A stretch of 64,000 nucleotides of DNA. Source: Candidatus Lustribacter sp. Lineage in GTDB: Bacteria > Vulcanimicrobiota > Vulcanimicrobiia > Vulcanimicrobiales > Vulcanimicrobiaceae. Positions 19,346 to 28,479 of the stretch are shown one piece after another. The stretch's first letter is position 1. The number at the start of each line of letters is the position of its first letter. Where the stretch lies: assembly GCA_965277805.1 (NCBI GenBank), contig OZ255842.1, forward strand, positions 1,664,001-1,728,000, given 5' to 3'. A program made the position numbers and the translations under genes. The notes under the pieces are model-generated. The model was not told the DNA's origin, did not search any database, and saw nothing but the letters and a program-made list of their open reading frames with translations.

Positions 19346-20340
19346 CAGCGTTGCCACCAGCGCCACGCGACCGCGCCCCACGACAGGCCGCCGCCGAAGC
19401 CGACGAACACGATGAGATCGCCGTCCTTGAGTTTGCCGGCCCCGTACGTTTCGGACAGCGCGATCGGGATCGAGGCGGAACTCGTGTTGCCGTATTTATC
19501 GACGGTGATGATGACTTTGTCCCCGAGCATCTCGAGTTGTTTCGCGGCAGCATCGATGATCCGGCGATTCGCTTGATGCGGGATCGCGTAGGAAATGTCG
19601 TTGCGCGTGAGGCCCGCTTTCGCGAGCGCGGCGTCGGTGGCTTCGATCATCTTGGTGACGGCGAAGCGGAACACTTCGCGGCCCTTCATGACCATCTTGT
19701 TCTGTTTGTCGCCGATGCCTTCGGCCGTCAACGGGGCGACCGTGCCGCCCGCCGGTACGAGCAAGAGCGACGGATCGCTGCCGTCGCTGCCGAGTTCGGA
19801 GGAGAGAAAATCATTGCGTTCGGCCGCCTCGAGCACGACTGCACCGGCGCCGTCGCCGAAAAGCACCGCCGTACCGCGGTCCGAGTAGTTGGTGATCGAG
19901 GATAACTTCTCGCTGCCCACCAGCAGCACGCGTCTGTATACGCCGGACTGGATCAGGCTCGATGCCACGGTCAGACCGTAGATGAAACCGCTGCAGGCGA
20001 TTTCCATATCGAAGGCCGCCGTGCCGGCGATGCCGAGCTTCGCAGCGAGCACGCTCGCGGTCGCCGGAAACAGATAATCCGGCGTGACGGTGGCGACGAT
20101 GACGCAACCGATGTCGGCGGCCGTACAGCCGGCGCGTTCGATCGCCATCTTGGCGGCGGCGAGACCCATGTCGCTGGTCGTCTCGTCGTCGCGCGCGATG
20201 TGCCGTTCGTGCATTCCGGTTCGCGAGACGATCCACTCATCCGTCGTATCGAGAATCTTCTCGAAGTCGGCGTTCGTCATCACGCGTTCCGGAACGTAAT
20301 GCCCGACGCCCGCCATGCGGACGCCCTGGGTTAGCGGCAC
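19345..20340 (-). CDS. fabH: 3-oxoacyl-ACP synthase III
   Basis: ACSGF, FGDGAGA, PHQAN, GNTSSAS, GFGGGL. Confidence 0.96.
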   Translation of the reverse strand: MPLTQGVRMAGVGHYVPERVMTNADFEKILDTTDEWIVSRTGMHERHIARDDETTSDMGLAAAKMAIERAGCTAADIGCVIVATVTPDYLFPATASVLAAKLGIAGTAAFDMEIACSGFIYGLTVASSLIQSGVYRRVLLVGSEKLSSITNYSDRGTAVLFGDGAGAVVLEAAERNDFLSSELGSDGSDPSLLLVPAGGTVAPLTAEGIGDKQNKMVMKGREVFRFAVTKMIEATDAALAKAGLTRNDISYAIPHQANRRIIDAAAKQLEMLGDKVIITVDKYGNTSSASIPIALSETYGAGKLKDGDLIVFVGFGGGLSWGAVAWRWWQR

Positions 20341-20350
20341 ACGCGCCTAA

Positions 20351-20563
20351 CTACGAGTGATCGTGGCCGGCGTGGTCGCGTTCGTCGCGTGGCGCGATCA
20401 CCTGGCGGCCGTCGTACGTGCCGCAGAAATCGCACACGAAATGCGGCCGCTTCGGGGTGTGGCACTGCGGACACTCAACGGTCGTAACCGGATTGAGTTT
20501 CCAATTTGCCGCCCGGCGGCTACGCGTCTTCGAGCGCGGAGTTTTCCACTTGAGATTCGCCAT
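20351..20563 (-). CDS. rpmF: 50S ribosomal protein L32 (zinc-binding form)
   Basis: MANLKWKTPRSKTRSRRA..CPQC..PHFVCDFCG.YDGR. Confidence 0.92.
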   Translation of the reverse strand: MANLKWKTPRSKTRSRRAANWKLNPVTTVECPQCHTPKRPHFVCDFCGTYDGRQVIAPRDERDHAGHDHS

Positions 20564-21017
20564 GATCGCCTTCCATCGCCGGACAGTCGCAACCGCCGCC
20601 CGGATTTTTGCTCCGGCCGCAGGTCATGCATAACCCGCGGCATTCCTCATCGCACACCAGCCCGAAGGGTAATGCGCTCGTTACTACTTGCCGGACGAGA
20701 TCGCCGACATCGAAATTCGTACCGTTGAGGACGTTGTTCTCGCCGAAGGGGTCGCTCGCCCCGTCGGGCGGATCGAACCGTTCGTCGACGACGACCCGCA
20801 AGGGAATCGCCGCGTCCTCGAGACAGCGGATACATTCCCCCGCGACGCCCACCTCGATTTGCCCGTCGATCTGCAGTCCCCGGTCGACGCGCCGCAGATC
20901 CAGCTCGGCGTGGGCCGGCTCCGGAAAGCGGAACGAAGAAAATGGGGGCACAGCGACGTGCTCGTCGAGCGACATCGGGCGCCCCGTAACCAGTAACGAA
21001 CCGATGTCAACGACCAC
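20520..21017 (-). CDS. yceD: YceD/DUF177 family protein
   Basis: ECIRCL, LP..VC.EECRGLC..CG..CDC; directly upstream of rpmF. Confidence 0.88.
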   Translation of the reverse strand: MVVDIGSLLVTGRPMSLDEHVAVPPFSSFRFPEPAHAELDLRRVDRGLQIDGQIEVGVAGECIRCLEDAAIPLRVVVDERFDPPDGASDPFGENNVLNGTNFDVGDLVRQVVTSALPFGLVCDEECRGLCMTCGRSKNPGGGCDCPAMEGDHGESQVENSALEDA

Positions 21018-21105
21018 GTGAGAACCCTGGGTACGGCGGCGTTCAGCCGACGTGCCCCTCATAGAACGAGGCTCCCCGCGAGGGAAGCCCCATGCCAACC
21101 ACGGT

Positions 21106-21134
21106 ATTGTAGACCCCCCTCCAACCCTTGTCAA
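21106..21134 (-). promoter_or_regulatory. Sigma70-type promoter of the yceD-rpmF-fab-ffh operon
   Basis: Minus strand TTGACA-17 nt-TACAAT. Confidence 0.75.
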
Positions 21135-21206
21135 ACGCATTGGTCCGCGTGAGGCGCTCGCCTGACTTGCTCTTGCCGGCGGGCCGTCCCGGCGTGAAGG
21201 GCGGGC

Positions 21207-21818
21207 GTGACGAGCATCGCGTCGGTCGCCTTCGGCCCCCAAATCGTCGCCGCTGCCCAACGCAACGGCCTCGACCCCGCCCTACTGGCCGCAGTCGCCG
21301 CTCAAGAGACGGGCGGACCGGGCTCGAATTCGGGTGCCAACGTCGTCGGCGACGGCGGGCACGGCCACGGCATCTTCCAGATCGACGACCGCTACCACGC
21401 CTTCGCGTCCACCTCGGCCGCGATGGACCCGGCGAAAAACGCCAACTACGCGGCCGGCATGCTCTCGGGATTGCTCCAGAAGTACGGAGGTAATGTGCAC
21501 GCAGCGCTCTCGGCCTATAACGCCGGCTCGCCCTCAGCGACCGGCACGGCCACGAACTGGGGCGGCACCACCCTCGGGTACGCCGACTCGGTGCTGGCGC
21601 ACTACAGCCAACTCACAAGTACCGCCCGCGACGCCGCCATGCCCGAACTCTCGACAACGAGCGAGTCCGTCAACCAACTCGCGAGCCTGGCTTCGTCCAA
21701 TAGCGTCGCCGGCAGTGCCGTGGCGGCGCCCTCCTTGCCGGCAACGCAGCAGCATCAATCGGCCGCGCCGCCGGCCTTCAACGAAGATTTCTACGCCGAC
21801 GGCGACGACGCCGGTTAA
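21207..21818 (+). CDS. Lytic transglycosylase (SLT domain), no signal peptide, low-complexity C-terminal tail
   Basis: GLDPALLAAVAAQET (catalytic Glu), GHGIFQI, DPAKN, ALSAYNAG, YADSV. Confidence 0.88.
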   Translation: MTSIASVAFGPQIVAAAQRNGLDPALLAAVAAQETGGPGSNSGANVVGDGGHGHGIFQIDDRYHAFASTSAAMDPAKNANYAAGMLSGLLQKYGGNVHAALSAYNAGSPSATGTATNWGGTTLGYADSVLAHYSQLTSTARDAAMPELSTTSESVNQLASLASSNSVAGSAVAAPSLPATQQHQSAAPPAFNEDFYADGDDAG

Positions 21819-21830
21819 CGAGGAGCAGCA

Positions 21831-22202
21831 ATGGGATTTAATCCGCTAGGGATGATCGTCGGGGCCGCAACCGGCTTCCTGACCGGCGGCCCGGTCGGCG
21901 CAGCGATCGGCGGCGCGACCGGCGCCATCGGCGGCACCAACAACGCCACATCCGTCGTCGGCAACCTCGGCAATACCGCCGCCAGCGGCTGGCAAAGCAG
22001 CATCCTCGCCATGCAAAACCTCCAAAATGAGCAGAACGCGATCTATAGCTTACAGATCAACCAGCAAGCCTCGCAATTCAACAACATGATGGACGAAAAA
22101 TCCGAAATGATGCGCGAAAGCAATGCCCTCCGCGACGTCGCCCTCGAACAAAAGAAAGCCGACACCCAAGTGATGAAGAAATTCATCGAGTCAATCAATT
22201 GA
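21831..22202 (+). CDS. Hypothetical protein, Gly-rich hydrophobic N-terminus and helical C-terminus
   Basis: GAGGAG RBS; C-terminus similar to that of the next gene. Confidence 0.75.
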   Translation: MGFNPLGMIVGAATGFLTGGPVGAAIGGATGAIGGTNNATSVVGNLGNTAASGWQSSILAMQNLQNEQNAIYSLQINQQASQFNNMMDEKSEMMRESNALRDVALEQKKADTQVMKKFIESIN

Positions 22203-22513
22203 TCGCCCTAAACCCGGCACCCCTCATCACGCGCCCCGTGAAGCCTGTCACCCCGAGCAAAGTCGAGGGGCCGCCACAATCGCCATCACTCGAGGACCGC
22301 ATCGACGCATCCGTCGATGCCGCACTCGCCGAGGCCCTGGCAAAAGTAAAGACGCCCGCCGATGACGCCCTGGCAAAACAACAGCAAGCCTTCGATCAGA
22401 TGATGCAGCTGCGCACCGAGCAAGAACGCGAAGCCAACGCCATCCGCGAGTTCGGCCTAGCCCAGCAGAAAAAAGAGAACGACTTCCTGACCGAATACAT
22501 CCGCATGATCTAA
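22199..22513 (+). CDS. Hypothetical protein, C-terminal paralogue of the preceding gene
   Basis: TTG start overlaps the upstream TGA; shared F..MM...E..RE.NA.R...L.Q.K motif. Confidence 0.7.
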   Translation: MIALNPAPLITRPVKPVTPSKVEGPPQSPSLEDRIDASVDAALAEALAKVKTPADDALAKQQQAFDQMMQLRTEQEREANAIREFGLAQQKKENDFLTEYIRMI

Positions 22514-22551
22514 ACCGGAACCAACGCGCAGCGGCTCGAACCATAGGTGCG

Positions 22552-22788
22552 ATGGCGAATCCACGCGGCGACACAACCGCAAAGATGAACAGCCTGGTGG
22601 TCTATTGGTGCGGCACCGTCTATTTTATCATTGAGGCAGCCTACCACTGGTTCGGACAGCATAACGCTATCAAGGCGCTCGGCGATCTCCTGGGCGCAGT
22701 CATCGGCCTATTTCTTGTCTGGTACGGCGGCTATATCTGGGGAAGCCTCAAACGCGCCTTCGACGGACGGCGTACCCCTAAAGCGTAA
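22552..22788 (+). CDS. Small two-TM membrane protein
   Basis: AGGTG RBS, two hydrophobic segments, basic C-terminus. Confidence 0.55.
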   Translation: MANPRGDTTAKMNSLVVYWCGTVYFIIEAAYHWFGQHNAIKALGDLLGAVIGLFLVWYGGYIWGSLKRAFDGRRTPKA

Positions 22789-24109
22789 ACCGGCTCGACG
22801 GGCGCTCGAGTCCGTAATGTTCGCGTAGCGTCGTACCCGAGTACTCACGGCGGAACACGCCGCGTTGCTGGAGGATCGGGACAACGTAGTCGACGACGTC
22901 GGTTAAGCCGCCGGGAAGTTCCGCGGGCATGATGTTGAAGCCGTCGGCGGCGCCGCGCTCGACCCAATCGATCATGTGGTCGGCGACTTGTTCGGGCGTT
23001 CCGGCCACCACGCGATGCCCGGCGGCGGCGGCGAAACGGCGCAACAGGTTGCGCAGCGTCAGGTCCGGTTCGCGTTCGAGCAGATCGAACGTGAGCTGCG
23101 CGCGGCTTTTCGCGCCTTCGATCTCCTTCGGACGCGGCAATGCGTGCACCGGCACCGGCTCGTCGAGTGGGAAAGCACTGAAATCCACGCCGTTGAACCG
23201 CTGCGAGAGCGTGATCAGTCCGAGTTCCGGAATGGTGAGCTCGTTGAGTTCTTGTTCCATCGCCTTCGCCTCGGCTTCCGTTGAGCCAATGATGGGGCAT
23301 AGGCCCGGCAAGATCGAGATCTTGCTCGCATCACGGCCCAAGGCCGTCGCCCGCGTCTTGATGTCGTTATAGAAGGCCTGTGCCTCGCCGAGGTCTTGTT
23401 GTGCGGTGAAGATTGCCTCGGCGTACGTTGCCGCGAACGCGCGCCCGTCATCCGACGATCCCGCTTGAACGAGCAGCGGCCGGCCTTGAGGCATCCGCGG
23501 GATGTTGAACGGCCCGTTCACATCGAACGCGGCGCCGTGATGATCGATCCGGTGGACCCGGCTCGTGTCGACATAAACGCCGCGCTCGCGATCGATGACG
23601 GTCGCGTCGTCTTCCCAGCTGTCCCAGAGTTTCATGACGACATCGAGGTACTCGGTCGCGCGCGCATAGCGCTCCGTATGCGAGGTCAGTTTCACCATCC
23701 CGAAATTGCCGGCCGCATTCGCATCCCACGAGGTGACGATGTTCCAGCCGGCGCGGCCTTTGCTGAGATGATCGAGCGATGCGAACTGGCGTGCCAGGTT
23801 GTAAGGCTCGGTATATGTCGTCGATTGCGTAGCGACCAGACCAATGCGCTCGGTACACGTCGTCAGCGCAGCCAGCAGCATCATCGGATCGAAACGGCCC
23901 TCGGCCCGGTAGCGCACGTTGCCGATCGCCAGCCTGTCGCCGAGGAAGAACGAATCGAACTTACCGCGTTCGGCCGCCTGCGCGATTTCCTGATAATAGG
24001 TCAGATCACCCAACCGCTCGGGCTGGGTACGGCGAAAACGCCACGCCGCTTCGTGGTGTCCGGCGTTGGCGGTGAAAATGTTGAGATGCAGGTTCGGTTT
24101 TTGCGCCAT
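22778..24109 (-). CDS. NtaA/DszA/SnaA family FMN-dependent (LLM class) monooxygenase
   Basis: AERGKFD, ARQFASLDHLSKGRAGWNIVTS, QAGSS, DGFN, TLREHYGL. Confidence 0.93.
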   Translation of the reverse strand: MAQKPNLHLNIFTANAGHHEAAWRFRRTQPERLGDLTYYQEIAQAAERGKFDSFFLGDRLAIGNVRYRAEGRFDPMMLLAALTTCTERIGLVATQSTTYTEPYNLARQFASLDHLSKGRAGWNIVTSWDANAAGNFGMVKLTSHTERYARATEYLDVVMKLWDSWEDDATVIDRERGVYVDTSRVHRIDHHGAAFDVNGPFNIPRMPQGRPLLVQAGSSDDGRAFAATYAEAIFTAQQDLGEAQAFYNDIKTRATALGRDASKISILPGLCPIIGSTEAEAKAMEQELNELTIPELGLITLSQRFNGVDFSAFPLDEPVPVHALPRPKEIEGAKSRAQLTFDLLEREPDLTLRNLLRRFAAAAGHRVVAGTPEQVADHMIDWVERGAADGFNIMPAELPGGLTDVVDYVVPILQQRGVFRREYSGTTLREHYGLERPSSRFTL

Positions 24110-25182
24110 CAGTGCGGGGACGTGTAGGCCTTGGCGCGCCGCACGATCGATCCGGCGTCGAAGCGGTTGAAATCATCGACAAATTGGTTGGTGTAGAGCG
24201 TGTCGAGTTTTGGATCGACCGTAATCAAGCCGCCGGCTTTGAGCGCGGTGATCTCCGCCGTCCAATCTTTATCGCTGAAGATGCCCCACTTCTTCGGCTC
24301 GCCCGGCTGCCATTGCGTCATGTGCTGCAAGCGGACGAGCAAGATCGGCAGCATCTCCTTCATCCCGTCGGCGTCGCTCCCCGGCGGCTTCAACTCCGGA
24401 TAGTGCCGCCAAAGCGAGCGCAGACATTCCGGCGGATTGGCGTTGCACGCAACGGTACCCTCAGCCGCGATCCTTCCGAACTTGCCGACGAGATCCGGCC
24501 GCTCACGGATCATCTTGTTGGTCACCGGAAACGCGTGGCTCGAGACGCCGTCGAACTCGGGCGGATACTTTAACACCCGCACCGGCGTGCCGTCATTACG
24601 CAGCTTGGCATTGGTGATATCGAAGAGGTTGAGCGCGTCGATCTTGCCCGAACGCAATGCCTCGAACGCCGTCGCTCCGGTGCCGACCGCAACGAACTGG
24701 ACGCTATTCGGGTCAACGCCGACTTTCTTGAGCACCGCTTCGGTCATCGGCGTACCGCCGAACGTCAACGCACCGACGCCGATCGTCTTGCCGGCCAGAT
24801 CCTTGACCGACTTAATCGGGCTTTTGTCGAGCACGGAGATTTCCCAGATCGAATTGCGCGCCGAGTTGTAGACGAACCGAAAGTCGAAGTCCGGTTTGCC
24901 GGGCTGACGCGAGATGATCAACGGGTCGAGCGTGCTGAACGTCGTGAAGAGCGAACCCTTCATCAACTGCGGCAGAATCACGCCCGAGCCGTCGAGCGCA
25001 ACGGTGGAGATCGTGATGTTCTCTTGGCTGATCAGACCAAGATCTTCGGCAAATGTGAACGGCGCATACCCGACCGAGACCGGACCCGACCAGGCGAACG
25101 CGACCGTTTCGGGTCCGGCCGCTCGCGCCGGCATCAACCCCACCACGAGCAACGCGAAGATGAGGGCAAAGCGGCGATACAT
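24109..25182 (-). CDS. SsuA/THI5-like ABC substrate-binding protein
   Basis: Signal peptide, SPIKSVKDLAGKTIGV, SGKIDA, LYTNQF; stop overlaps the monooxygenase start. Confidence 0.88.
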   Translation of the reverse strand: MYRRFALIFALLVVGLMPARAAGPETVAFAWSGPVSVGYAPFTFAEDLGLISQENITISTVALDGSGVILPQLMKGSLFTTFSTLDPLIISRQPGKPDFDFRFVYNSARNSIWEISVLDKSPIKSVKDLAGKTIGVGALTFGGTPMTEAVLKKVGVDPNSVQFVAVGTGATAFEALRSGKIDALNLFDITNAKLRNDGTPVRVLKYPPEFDGVSSHAFPVTNKMIRERPDLVGKFGRIAAEGTVACNANPPECLRSLWRHYPELKPPGSDADGMKEMLPILLVRLQHMTQWQPGEPKKWGIFSDKDWTAEITALKAGGLITVDPKLDTLYTNQFVDDFNRFDAGSIVRRAKAYTSPH

Positions 25183-25258
25183 GGCGCCTCTTTTCCGAAA
25201 ACCGGGGTCGGGCGCCTTTCAGCACGGGACCCGTTAGCGGGTCAGCGAAATAACGCGC

Positions 25259-26596
25259 ATGCTCGCTTCGCCGCCGCTCCCGTACGTCGATCTCGATGCG
25301 CTGATCGTTGATGATCCCGGGCGTGGTGCGTTCCACGTCCGCAAGGATGTCTTCACGGATCAGGCGGTTTTCGATCTCGAAATGATGCGGATCTTTGAGG
25401 GCACCTGGATCTTCATCGGGCTCGCGAGCCAGGCACCGGCACCAAATGACTTCTTCACCTTCACCATCGGCCGCCAACCGGTGCTCGTCAGCCGCGGCAC
25501 CGACGGTGTATTGCGGTGCTTCTTCAACAGCTGCCGTCACCGCGGGGCGCTGATCTGCTCGCTCGCGCAGGGCAGCGCGCCTTCGCACGTCTGCCGCTAC
25601 CACGGCTGGTCGTATGACGGCGCCGGCAAAAACATCGGCATCACGGCGCAACGCGACGGCTGCTACCCGGAATCGTTCGCTACCGCGAACCACGATTTGA
25701 TTCCGGTTCCGAAATTCGAAGAATACCGCGGCTTCCTGTTCGCTAGCCTCAATCCCGACGTTCCCTCGCTCGAAGAACACTTGGGAGGCGCACGGACATT
25801 CCTCGACACGATCGCCGATCAAAGCCCCGACGGCATCGAGTTCGTCCCCGGCGCCGTGCGCTACAGCGTCGACGCAAACTGGAAAGTCAGCGTTGAAAAC
25901 GCGCTCGATTCGTACCACTTCTCATCGACGCACCGGTCGTATTCGCAGATCATCGAAGAGCGCAAGAATCACGGACGCGAGGCGGCTACGAAGCTGTTGG
26001 AGGACGAGCCGCTTCATCGCGGGACGTTCCTTTTCGATCGCGGGCACGCGGTGCTTTGGCGCAACCGCAACAGCGGCACAGGAACGCGGCCGTTGCTGCT
26101 CGAGCCGGGGCGCCTCGAAGCCACTCGCGCTCGGATCGGGGAGCTGCGCACGAAGTGGATTATGATCAGCCGGAGCATCACCGTCTATCCGAATCTGCAA
26201 ATCGTCGATATCAGTTCGATCCAGTTCCGCATCGTCCAGCCGCTGGCACCCGGATTGACTGAGATCACCTCGTACTGTGCGATCCCGATCGGGGAGAGCG
26301 CCGCCGCGCGCCGGACGCGAATTCGGGAATATCAGGACTTCTTCAATCCCAGCGGGCTCGCGACGGCCGACGACAACCAGATGTTCGAACGCTCGCAGGC
26401 CGGCTACAGTGCGAATCCGACCGAGAAGAATTTTGGCTACTTACGAGGCATGGCTACCGACCATTCCGTCGCCAGCGCGCATGCCGCAGAAGTGGGCGTC
26501 TCGCCGGACCGCGCCGTAGAGGGTCCACTCGGTTTGGGCGACGAGACGGCGATTCAGAACACCTATCGCGAGTGGTACCGCTTGCTGCGCGGCTAG
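25259..26596 (+). CDS. Rieske aromatic ring-hydroxylating dioxygenase, alpha subunit (benzoate/anthranilate-like)
   Basis: NSCRHRG..CRYHGW Rieske motif, NWK..EN..DSYH..TH, ADD iron ligand. Confidence 0.93.
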   Translation: MLASPPLPYVDLDALIVDDPGRGAFHVRKDVFTDQAVFDLEMMRIFEGTWIFIGLASQAPAPNDFFTFTIGRQPVLVSRGTDGVLRCFFNSCRHRGALICSLAQGSAPSHVCRYHGWSYDGAGKNIGITAQRDGCYPESFATANHDLIPVPKFEEYRGFLFASLNPDVPSLEEHLGGARTFLDTIADQSPDGIEFVPGAVRYSVDANWKVSVENALDSYHFSSTHRSYSQIIEERKNHGREAATKLLEDEPLHRGTFLFDRGHAVLWRNRNSGTGTRPLLLEPGRLEATRARIGELRTKWIMISRSITVYPNLQIVDISSIQFRIVQPLAPGLTEITSYCAIPIGESAAARRTRIREYQDFFNPSGLATADDNQMFERSQAGYSANPTEKNFGYLRGMATDHSVASAHAAEVGVSPDRAVEGPLGLGDETAIQNTYREWYRLLRG

Positions 26597-26597
26597 A

Positions 26598-27086
26598 TCA
26601 TAAGCAGAAGTATTCGAGCAATCCCGGAATCCGGTCGTTGATCAGAACGATCTTCTTGCTTGCGATACACCAGCGGTTGCCGGTTCGTCGCAACTCATGT
26701 TCGTAGCGGCCACAGGCCACCGAAAGTTTTCCGGATGACGGATGATAGACGTGCGTGATGAACGGCGAAGTCGCGAAAACGCCGGTCTCACTTTCGGCGC
26801 CGAAGACCGGCTGCCCAACCACGTGTGAGGTTCGCGGCATCGGCATGGTGATGACCGACTGATCCGTCCGCAAACGCGCGACCCGTTCTTCGAGCCCAGC
26901 ACGGGAGTCGTGGTAGAGAAAAGAGATCTCCCGGTCCGGGTCGGCGGTCAATTCGCGCTCGCTACGCCAGGCCGGAACCCAGAACACGCAGTCCTCTGCG
27001 AAATGTGCGAGCCAATCGTCCCAGCGACGTTCGTCGATTGCTAATGCTTCGCTGAATATGATATCGGCGGCTGCGGTACTCGGCAT
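26598..27086 (-). CDS. Ring-hydroxylating dioxygenase, beta subunit
   Basis: EA..DERRWDDWL, GLEERV.R, PRTSH, KKIVLIND. Confidence 0.9.
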   Translation of the reverse strand: MPSTAAADIIFSEALAIDERRWDDWLAHFAEDCVFWVPAWRSERELTADPDREISFLYHDSRAGLEERVARLRTDQSVITMPMPRTSHVVGQPVFGAESETGVFATSPFITHVYHPSSGKLSVACGRYEHELRRTGNRWCIASKKIVLINDRIPGLLEYFCL

Positions 27087-28061
27087 CTAGCGCGGCGAGC
27101 GAAGCGCGGTCGGACTGATCAGATCGTTGGCTGAAAAGCCGGTTGGGATCAAGCCGTAGCGAACCGCCACGTCGATGAGCGGCTGCACGTCCCGTGGCGT
27201 GACGTACTCACCCGCGGTCGCACGGTTGCTGTTCGCGATGACGGAAGCCGGAATGCCCGAATAGGAAGCGACGAGGTCGACGGTCTCCGGCAGATGCGCG
27301 TTCGTATAGACGATCGACTCGTGCATCGCTCGTCCGAAGCGGGACATCGTGTCGCGATTCGCGTCGATGTATTCCTTGGTTGCGACGAAGACCGAGGCGT
27401 AGAAGTGCTTCGCGAGCGCGTCGTAGGATTTGGACAAAATACGGGCACTTCCGGACGCTACCGCTTGGTCGAGAAATGGTGGAGTGGTCGTCACGCCCTC
27501 GATGCGGCCTTCGGTCAATGCCGGGAGCAAGGCGGCCACCGGGAGTTCGATGACTTTCACCGTTTTTGAGTCACCGCCGTTCTGGTCGATCCAGGCCAAG
27601 GTCGCTAGGGCATTGAGGTCTTTGAGCGCGAGCGACGCGATGGTCTTGCCGTTGAAATCGGCCCCCGTTTTAATCGGAGAATCCTTGCGCACGAGCAGGC
27701 CCGCTGTCGGCGCGTCGGTCGTATACGCTTGCGCCGGCGCAACGATCTGGAAGTTGATGCCACGCGCGTGGGCCTCGATCACACCGAAGAGGCTGGTGAA
27801 CGCCACTTGGATCGACCCGCCGACGAGTGCGGACAGCGCTGCCGTGCCGCTGTTGATAATCGTCGGCGTTACGTCCAAGCCGTACTTGCGAAAAATGCCC
27901 GCTTGCCGCGCGTAATACACGGTCTTGTATGAATCGATCGGACTGCCGCCGACGGTTACCTGCGTGAGCGTTTGCCCCCGCGCCGAGAGCGGGACGGCTG
28001 CGCCTGCGGCGCTGAGTACGGCCGCCGCACCACGGCAAAATCCCAAACGTTTCACGTACAC
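27087..28061 (-). CDS. SsuA/THI5-like ABC substrate-binding protein
   Basis: Tat-like leader, GIFRKYGLDV, DFNGKT, WIDQNGGDSK. Confidence 0.88.
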   Translation of the reverse strand: MYVKRLGFCRGAAAVLSAAGAAVPLSARGQTLTQVTVGGSPIDSYKTVYYARQAGIFRKYGLDVTPTIINSGTAALSALVGGSIQVAFTSLFGVIEAHARGINFQIVAPAQAYTTDAPTAGLLVRKDSPIKTGADFNGKTIASLALKDLNALATLAWIDQNGGDSKTVKVIELPVAALLPALTEGRIEGVTTTPPFLDQAVASGSARILSKSYDALAKHFYASVFVATKEYIDANRDTMSRFGRAMHESIVYTNAHLPETVDLVASYSGIPASVIANSNRATAGEYVTPRDVQPLIDVAVRYGLIPTGFSANDLISPTALRSPR

Positions 28062-28099
28062 AGCAGCTTATTAGCGCGCAAAATCCAAGCGTTCCTTCG

Positions 28100-28471
28100 C
28101 TAACGCAGGTTGAGGATCGGGATATCCTTGACTGCTTTGTCGGGCTTGATCGATTGCAAATAGGCGATGATATCCGCCGCTTGTGCGTTGCTCAGCACGA
28201 CCGTCGTGTATGGCGGCATGTTCTGCGCCGGATGACGCAACTGCCGCATGATCAAATTGGCCGGGATCGGATGCGGCGCCAACTTCGGACCGGCCCGTCC
28301 GCCGCCTTGACCGAACGTGCCGTGACACAGGTAGCAGTTCTCCGCCATGAACGTAGCCTTGCCTCTGACCGGATCGCCGGCCGCGACGGTGCTTTGTGCG
28401 CCGGCGTCTGAGACGAACGAGAACGTCAGGAATGCGGTCAGCCAAAGACGCGCGATCGTTGAGTGCATCAT
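28100..28471 (-). CDS. Exported monoheme cytochrome c
   Basis: Signal peptide, GD..RG, CYLCH, distal MP; GGAG RBS. Confidence 0.9.
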   Translation of the reverse strand: MMHSTIARLWLTAFLTFSFVSDAGAQSTVAAGDPVRGKATFMAENCYLCHGTFGQGGGRAGPKLAPHPIPANLIMRQLRHPAQNMPPYTTVVLSNAQAADIIAYLQSIKPDKAVKDIPILNLR

Positions 28472-28479
28472 CTTCTCCC

